A DNA stretch of 64,000 nt, taken from assembly GCA_039804025.1 (NCBI GenBank), contig JBDRZP010000002.1, forward strand, positions 4,704 through 68,703, read 5' to 3'. Of this stretch, positions 58,196 to 64,000 are shown piece by piece. This DNA comes from a candidate division WOR-3 bacterium. Lineage in GTDB: Bacteria > Hydrothermota > Hydrothermia > Hydrothermales > JAJRUZ01. The translations under genes were made by a program, and so were the position numbers. The number at the start of each line of letters is the position of its first letter. Position 1 is the first letter of the stretch. The notes under the pieces were generated by a model. The model worked only from the letters and a program-made list of their open reading frames with translations. It was not told the DNA's origin and did not search any database.

Positions 58196-60751
58196 TTGAA
58201 GGGAGGAAATAAGATGAAAATTTTATTAACTTTTATATTTTTAATGCCACCACACCCGGATTTAAAGAATAAATTAACAAAAGAAAATTGGGATAAAATG
58301 GTAAAGGTCTTAAAAGAGGCAAGGGAAAAAGGTGTTAATCAGCCTGATTATGAAAATTTAGAAAAATTCAGAATAAGAATTTTAATGAAACAGCAAGATA
58401 CAGCCAATATTCCTGTAATTCTTGTTGAATTTACAGATAATTTAGCCGATTCACCTGTCACACACTTTCAGGATATGCTCTTTTCAGTTGGAACATACCC
58501 TACCGGCTCTCTTACAGACTACTATCTTGAAAATTCCTATGGAAATTTCTTTGTAAAGGGATGGGTTTCAAACTGGTTAATGATGCCACAACCTTACTCT
58601 TACTATGTGGATGGGCAATACGGTTTTGGTTCATACCCAAGAAATGCCCAGGGACTCGCAAGAGATGCGGTGCTTGCCGCTGATCCTTATGTGGATTTCT
58701 CACAGTTTGATAGAAATAATGATGGTTATATTGATGGACTTTTTATAGTTCATGCTGGTCCAGGAGCTGAAGAAACAGGAAATCCAAATGATATATGGTC
58801 TCATGCCTGGGTTATTCCCGGTGGAGTGCAGGTGGATGGTGTTATAGCATACAGATACTCAATGGAACCTGAAAATGGGAGGATGGGTGTTTTTGGTCAT
58901 GAATACGGACATGTTTTAGGACTCCCTGACCTTTATGATACAGATTATTCTTCAGAAGGACTTGGAAACTGGTCCATGATGGCAGGAGGTTCCTGGGGAA
59001 ATAATGGAAGAACCCCTGTCCATTTTGATGTTTGGTGTAAATATAAATTGGGTTTCCTTTCACCAACAAATGTTACAAGTATTATAAACAATGCTCTTTT
59101 TTCACCTGTTGAAAACTCTCCTATTGCCTACAGATTATGGACAAATGGTGCAAGCTCTCCACAATACTTTCTTGTTGAATACAGAAAAAAAATAAAATTT
59201 GATTCCTATTTGCCAGGAGAAGGTCTTTTAATATTTCACATAGATGAAACCCAGCCAAATAACAGAAATGAATGGTATCCAGGACATACAAGTTTTGGAC
59301 ACTATAAAGTTGCCCTTGAACAGGCTGACGGAAACTGGGATCTTGAAAAAAATAATAACCCAGGTGACCCAAAAGATCCTTTTCCAGGTTCAACCAATAA
59401 AAGATCCTTCGATAACTATACAATTCCTGATTCAAAGGATTATAATTTTAATACCACTTATGTATCTGTTACAGGAATCACCTATTTAAATAATAATTTT
59501 TATGCTGACCTTGCGGTTGTTCCAGTTTATAACATTTCAGTGGATTCTTCAAATTTCCCTCTTATAATTAAAAAGGATAGTTCAATCAATCCTATCATAT
59601 ATTTATCTAACAGAGGCTTTTATTCACAAAATTTTAATTTAACACTCAGGATAGATTCACTTTCCATTCCCGTATATGAATACCAGATTCAGGGACTTAC
59701 TTTATCACCAGGAAGTTCAAATTCTTACAGTTTTCCAGTTTTTAATACCAAATTTTCTAATGGTATTTATAATATAAATGCTTACATAACATCTTCAAAT
59801 GAACAGATGTTTAAAAATGATACTTTAAGAGAAAAACTCTTTTCTTATGAATTAATAAACTTTTTAAACTCACCTTTTTCAAGTGTTCCCCCAACAATAG
59901 ATGGCATAATAGACGAAAATGAATGGTCCTCAGCATATATCCTTGATATTTCAGATTATTTAAAAATAGGCGGAAAAAGAAATATTCAGGAATCTTTTCT
60001 TTATATAAAAAATTCTGAAAATGCCTTATATTTAGGAATAAAGGTAAAGGATACAACTTCAGGTTCAGATTACATAAGAATTATCTTTGATGATAATGCT
60101 GATGGAACATTTCCACCCTCACCAAATACTTCTGAAGGTGAGATTAAATTCCAGCAAATAGGGTCCTCTTTTAATGCAACATTTATTCCCTATTTTACGG
60201 GTGGTCAACAGGGTCAATCCCATCCATTAAATCTAAACTTTGCTATATCAGAGATAGGAGACGAAAGACACTTTGAAATAGAAATTCCTTTCTCCTTTTC
60301 TGGCTCAGGATTGGATGAATATTTACAGGTGAATTCATCTACAGATACTTTTGCATTTTTTATAATGGGAAGAAATTCTTCAGAAGCAGATATAAATCCT
60401 TACTGGTTACAGAATATTCCCCTTACACAGATTAAAAATCCTTCTCTTTATGGTAAAGTAGAAGTTCAAGGTGTAAATGTGGGAGTAAAAGAAGGGGAAA
60501 TTTCTTATTTAAAGCCATATCTCGGAGTTAAATATGTAAAAGATGGAATTAAAATTATATATAACCAGCCAGATTATTCTCCCTATGAAATGAAAATTCT
60601 TGACTTAACAGGTAGAATCCTTTTCAAAACAAAGGAAAAGAATAAAAAAATTACAAAGTTTTTACCCTATAAGGAAAATAAAAAGGGTATTTACTTTGTG
60701 ATAATTGAAAAGGAGAAAGGAAAACTTAAAAGAAAGTTTATTATTAACTAA
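58196..60751 (+). CDS. M6 (immune inhibitor A-like) zinc metalloprotease with a CBM9-like domain and a T9SS C-terminal sorting domain
   Basis: VFGHEYGHVLGLPDLYD matches InhA VFAHEFGHDLGLPDEYD (HExxH plus D). CBM9-like VPPTIDGIIDENEWSSAYILDI. C-terminus EMKILDLTGRILFK...KGIYFVIIEK. The real start is likely at 58214 (MKILLTFIFLM). Confidence 0.75.
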   Translation: MKGGNKMKILLTFIFLMPPHPDLKNKLTKENWDKMVKVLKEAREKGVNQPDYENLEKFRIRILMKQQDTANIPVILVEFTDNLADSPVTHFQDMLFSVGTYPTGSLTDYYLENSYGNFFVKGWVSNWLMMPQPYSYYVDGQYGFGSYPRNAQGLARDAVLAADPYVDFSQFDRNNDGYIDGLFIVHAGPGAEETGNPNDIWSHAWVIPGGVQVDGVIAYRYSMEPENGRMGVFGHEYGHVLGLPDLYDTDYSSEGLGNWSMMAGGSWGNNGRTPVHFDVWCKYKLGFLSPTNVTSIINNALFSPVENSPIAYRLWTNGASSPQYFLVEYRKKIKFDSYLPGEGLLIFHIDETQPNNRNEWYPGHTSFGHYKVALEQADGNWDLEKNNNPGDPKDPFPGSTNKRSFDNYTIPDSKDYNFNTTYVSVTGITYLNNNFYADLAVVPVYNISVDSSNFPLIIKKDSSINPIIYLSNRGFYSQNFNLTLRIDSLSIPVYEYQIQGLTLSPGSSNSYSFPVFNTKFSNGIYNINAYITSSNEQMFKNDTLREKLFSYELINFLNSPFSSVPPTIDGIIDENEWSSAYILDISDYLKIGGKRNIQESFLYIKNSENALYLGIKVKDTTSGSDYIRIIFDDNADGTFPPSPNTSEGEIKFQQIGSSFNATFIPYFTGGQQGQSHPLNLNFAISEIGDERHFEIEIPFSFSGSGLDEYLQVNSSTDTFAFFIMGRNSSEADINPYWLQNIPLTQIKNPSLYGKVEVQGVNVGVKEGEISYLKPYLGVKYVKDGIKIIYNQPDYSPYEMKILDLTGRILFKTKEKNKKITKFLPYKENKKGIYFVIIEKEKGKLKRKFIIN

Positions 60752-61896
60752 ACCCTAAATATTATATCTTCCCTTTCAAATAAGCGGATTAAAAGTAAAA
60801 ATAAAATTAAAAATGTTATTAAATTCGTCAAAATTGAAATTAAATAAAATAAATAAAACATTTTCCCTCCTTCAAATACAAGTTTTGTAACATAAATAAA
60901 ATTAATTACAGGAATAAAAGATATACGAAGATCTACCTGAGGAACTAAAAAAAGAAATAAAAAAAGGGGCATAAACCAGAAAAGCAAAGTGCCTTGAAGA
61001 AAAGATTGCGCTTCTTTAAAAGTCCTTGCAAAAGAAGAAATAACCATATTAATTGAAGAAACTAAAAAGGCAAGAACAAGAACAAAAATAAATAAAAGAA
61101 ATACCCTGTGAAAGGATGGAAAATACACATTAAGACTCTCCTTGTACTCAGGGGGAACATTGACAAATAAAATCTTCGGGAAAACAAAAAAATAAATAAG
61201 AATTGCAAGAATTGATGAAGTAAAGGAAAGTAAAACAACTGTTAATAGTTTACCTGAAATTATATAAAATTTTTTTGCAGGATAGGATAATAGAAGTTCC
61301 ATTGTTTTTCTTTCTTTCTCACCTGTTATAACTTCTATTGAGGGATAAATTGAGGATTGTAAAAGAATTATTAAAAAATAAAAAACTATTAAAAGGAAAA
61401 AAATTTCATTTAAACCTTCCCTTACATAAATTGGAACTTCTTTTATTTCATAATCTAAGAACAAAGGTTTCTCAATATTTTCTTTCTTAAAAAATTCCTC
61501 TATCTTTTCATTTTTATATTCAACCAAAACCTTCTTTATAATTTTAATTTCTCTATAATTTTCAAGACTTTTAGGATTAAATAAAATTTTAAATTCATTA
61601 TTTTCTAAAATGAGACCTGAAATATTTTTATTCTTTAAAATTAAAGATTCAGGTTTTTCTGAAAGAATAATCTCAAAACCTTCTTTTTTAAGAAGATTTT
61701 CTATTTTATCATATTCCTCAAAAGGTTTAATTACTATTTTTGAAGCTTCCTTTGATTTTACACTGATTAAATTTGAAAGAAATATAAGTAAAAGTGGAAT
61801 ACCAATCACCGGTAAAATAAAAAGATTGAATATTGTTCTTTTATCCCTTATAACTTCAAGAAATTCCTTTCTAAAAATCAAAATAAAATCATTCAT
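60748..61896 (-). CDS. ABC-2 family transporter permease
   Basis: 382 aa. N-terminal TM helix, a large extracytoplasmic loop, then 5 C-terminal TM helices. Immediately downstream of an ABC ATPase with a 7-nt overlap. Confidence 0.6.
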   Translation of the reverse strand: MNDFILIFRKEFLEVIRDKRTIFNLFILPVIGIPLLLIFLSNLISVKSKEASKIVIKPFEEYDKIENLLKKEGFEIILSEKPESLILKNKNISGLILENNEFKILFNPKSLENYREIKIIKKVLVEYKNEKIEEFFKKENIEKPLFLDYEIKEVPIYVREGLNEIFFLLIVFYFLIILLQSSIYPSIEVITGEKERKTMELLLSYPAKKFYIISGKLLTVVLLSFTSSILAILIYFFVFPKILFVNVPPEYKESLNVYFPSFHRVFLLFIFVLVLAFLVSSINMVISSFARTFKEAQSFLQGTLLFWFMPLFLFLFLVPQVDLRISFIPVINFIYVTKLVFEGGKMFYLFYLISILTNLITFLILFLLLIRLFEREDIIFRV

Positions 61897-62614
61897 ACAT
61901 CACCTCAATAAAAAATTCTCTTAAAGATTTATTTTTCTTCTCAAACATGAGTTTTTCTTTTTCATAAATTTTCTTTACCTTACCCTTAAATAAAAAAGCA
62001 ATTCTATCTGCAAGATATTCAGCCTGTTCCATCACATGTGTTGATATCAAGATCGCTTTGTCTTTTTTCTTTAACTCTATCAGATAATCTTCAATAACTT
62101 TAGCTGATGGAACATCAAGACCCTTTGCAGGTTCATCAAGTATTAAAACTTCAGGCTCTGAAATTATTAAAGGAATAAGTAAAACTTTTTGTTTATTTCC
62201 AAGAGATAATCTCTCAATCAACATATTCTTATACTCACTTAATTCCATTCTTTCAATAACCTCTTCAATTTTTCTTTTTTCAATTTTATTTTGATAATAA
62301 AGTTTTGAAAAAATTTCTATAAACTCTATTACCTTTAACCTTGGATAAAGTCCTGTATCTGAGGGAAGGTATCCTATAAATTTTTTTGCCTTATCCTCCT
62401 CTTTTGAAATATCTATTCCATTTATTAGAACACTACCTTCATCAGGTTTCATTATTCCTGCTATTATTCTTAAACTCGTTGTTTTTCCTGCTCCATTTGG
62501 ACCAAGTAAAGCAAATATTTCGCCTCTTTTAACCGTAAAGGAAACACCATCAACTGCCTTTATTATTTCCTTTTGTGTTTTAAAAAATTTTTTTATATTT
62601 ATAACCTCAATCAT
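61889..62614 (-). CDS. ABC transporter ATP-binding protein
   Basis: Walker A GPNGAGKTT, signature LSLGNKQKV, Walker B LILDEP. Confidence 0.85.
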   Translation of the reverse strand: MIEVINIKKFFKTQKEIIKAVDGVSFTVKRGEIFALLGPNGAGKTTSLRIIAGIMKPDEGSVLINGIDISKEEDKAKKFIGYLPSDTGLYPRLKVIEFIEIFSKLYYQNKIEKRKIEEVIERMELSEYKNMLIERLSLGNKQKVLLIPLIISEPEVLILDEPAKGLDVPSAKVIEDYLIELKKKDKAILISTHVMEQAEYLADRIAFLFKGKVKKIYEKEKLMFEKKNKSLREFFIEVMYE

Positions 62615-62629
62615 ATTTTTTATAAATTT

Positions 62630-64000
62630 TTATTTTAATCTAAAAAATGTATAGATAGAAAAAATTAAAAGGGAAATTACCCCAAAAAGAGGATTCAAAA
62701 TATTAAAATTAAAAAGAGAAATTCCTGATAGAATTATTATTGCGAGAACTATTCCACTTATAGCATCACCTGCAACAAAACCAGAAGCAAGTAAAACTCC
62801 TTTTTCCTTTTTCTTTATTAAATCAGAAATAATACCACCAAGGGCAATAGGAGTAGATAAAGAAAGTGGAAGGTAAAGTCCAACAGCAACAGGTAAAGAA
62901 GATATACCAAGAATTTCAAGAAAAACTGTTATCATAATTCCTGTAAAGAAAAGATTAAAGGGCATATCACCTTCAAAAATACCCTTTACAATAAGTGACA
63001 TAAGTGTTGCTTGAGGCGCAGATAGTTTTTCGCTTCCAATAACATAAGCCTTGTGTAATAAAAAAAGAGTAAAACCTATAAAAATTGAGGAAGTGATGAC
63101 ACCTATTATTTCTCCAATTTCCTGTAATTTAGGTGTTGCTCCAAGGAGGTAACCTGTTTTCAAATCCTGAGAAATGTCACCTGCAATTGCCGCTGAAATA
63201 CACACAAAAGCACCCGTTGTAAGAGAAGCTATCATAGCGGGAAAACCTCTTCCACCGAGGGAATAGATTATTAAACTGAAAGTAAAAAGTGTAGCAATTG
63301 TCATACCTGAAACAGGATTTGAGGAAGAACCAACAAGACCTACAATCCTTGAAGAAACCACGACAAAAATCAAGGAAAAAATAACTATAAGTAAAGAGGT
63401 AAAAAAGTTTTGATTAAAGAAAGGTAAAATTGAAATTAAAAGATAAATAATTAAGGAAGAAATAAAAATAAAAGAAAGGGGAAGATCTTTTTCTCCTGGT
63501 CTAAAGGAATAAAAACTTCTTTCCTTAAATAAAGGAAAAAGAATTTTTAAAAAAGAAATAAAACCACCTGCAAATACTGCTCCTGCACCTATATATCTTA
63601 TATATTTGCTCCATATAGTATGGGGATCAAAAAGTTTAGCCTCTGGAAAATAATTACCTATTAGGGGAATTAAAACAAACCATCCTAAAAGACCTCCCCC
63701 AAGAAGAAAAAAGGAAATTCTTCTTCCAAGAATAATTCCCACACCTAAAAGGGCAGGGGAATTTTCAAAACCCAGGTTAATCTTATTTTTAAAATTAAAA
63801 TAAAAAACATCGGGAAACAATTTAAATCCTAAGGCAAAAAATCTATATAAGAAACCTGAAAAAATGCCTTCAAAAACACTTTTAGCCTTTTCTCCCCCTT
63901 CATCACCTGCCTTTAATACTTCAGCACAGGCTCTTCCCTCAGGAAAAGGTAAATCTTTATCCTCTTCCTCAATAAATTTTTTCCTTACAAGTATCATAAA
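62630..64000 (-). CDS. OPT-family oligopeptide transporter, C-terminal part (gene probably continues past the window end)
   Basis: LPFPEGRACAEVLKAGDEGG is the conserved OPT (COG1297) motif. Multiple TM helices. The listed Met at 63997 is probably internal, because OPT proteins are about 600 aa or longer. Confidence 0.5.
   Translation of the reverse strand, partial: FMILVRKKFIEEEDKDLPFPEGRACAEVLKAGDEGGEKAKSVFEGIFSGFLYRFFALGFKLFPDVFYFNFKNKINLGFENSPALLGVGIILGRRISFFLLGGGLLGWFVLIPLIGNYFPEAKLFDPHTIWSKYIRYIGAGAVFAGGFISFLKILFPLFKERSFYSFRPGEKDLPLSFIFISSLIIYLLISILPFFNQNFFTSLLIVIFSLIFVVVSSRIVGLVGSSSNPVSGMTIATLFTFSLIIYSLGGRGFPAMIASLTTGAFVCISAAIAGDISQDLKTGYLLGATPKLQEIGEIIGVITSSIFIGFTLFLLHKAYVIGSEKLSAPQATLMSLIVKGIFEGDMPFNLFFTGIMITVFLEILGISSLPVAVGLYLPLSLSTPIALGGIISDLIKKKEKGVLLASGFVAGDAISGIVLAIIILSGISLFNFNILNPLFGVISLLIFSIYTFFRLK

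Overview
This 64-kb window comes from an AT-rich, extremely gene-dense bacterial chromosome whose proteins are rich in Lys, Glu and Ile. The organism looks diderm: it has Lgt, an LpxH-like enzyme, outer-membrane beta-barrel candidates and a Wzx/O-antigen-ligase cluster. Four to five secreted proteins end in type IX secretion (T9SS) C-terminal sorting domains, which points towards the FCB (Fibrobacteres-Chlorobi-Bacteroidetes) superphylum, but phylum identity cannot be fixed from the sequence. No CRISPR, rRNA, transposase, integrase or obvious defence genes were seen.

Contents, in order:
- A 12-gene minus-strand operon (906-11440) joins a Tat-exported molybdopterin oxidoreductase to a complete bis-MGD (molybdopterin guanine dinucleotide) molybdenum-cofactor pathway. 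The respiratory module is a catalytic A subunit, a four-cluster [4Fe-4S] B subunit, a periplasmic dihaem cytochrome c and a TorD-like chaperone, preceded by an outer-membrane barrel. The cofactor genes are mobA, moaA, moaD, moaE, a moaC-mogA fusion, a TauE-like permease and moeA.
- dcd, tRNA-Ile(GAT) and cysS.
- A T9SS cargo locus around a 1438-aa C25 peptidase. Its catalytic dyad sits at His668/Cys699, which fits PorU-type C-terminal signal peptidases better than gingipains.
- mazG, a NYN-domain protein, purH, rnr, hsp20 (the only clean promoter/terminator pair in the window), hemA-hemC-hemD-hemB and comEA.
- An orphan NuoG-like Fe-S protein.
- A surface-polysaccharide cluster: three GT4 glycosyltransferases plus one GT-like protein, a Wzy/O-antigen-ligase-like protein, Wzx and an alkaline-phosphatase-superfamily enzyme.
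- lgt, pyrG and a ThiF/MoeB-like E1.
- A HemQ/chlorite-dismutase-family gene coupled to a flavoprotein reductase and an M6 metalloprotease with a T9SS tail.
- An ABC-2 exporter and a partial OPT transporter.

The most notable unexplained items are: Asp in place of the first Cys of the FS0 cluster motif in the Mo enzyme; no membrane-anchor subunit, with a dihaem cytochrome c in that role; an MBL gene with no canonical start codon overlapping the purH stop; and a hexanucleotide repeat at the junction of two T9SS-locus genes.
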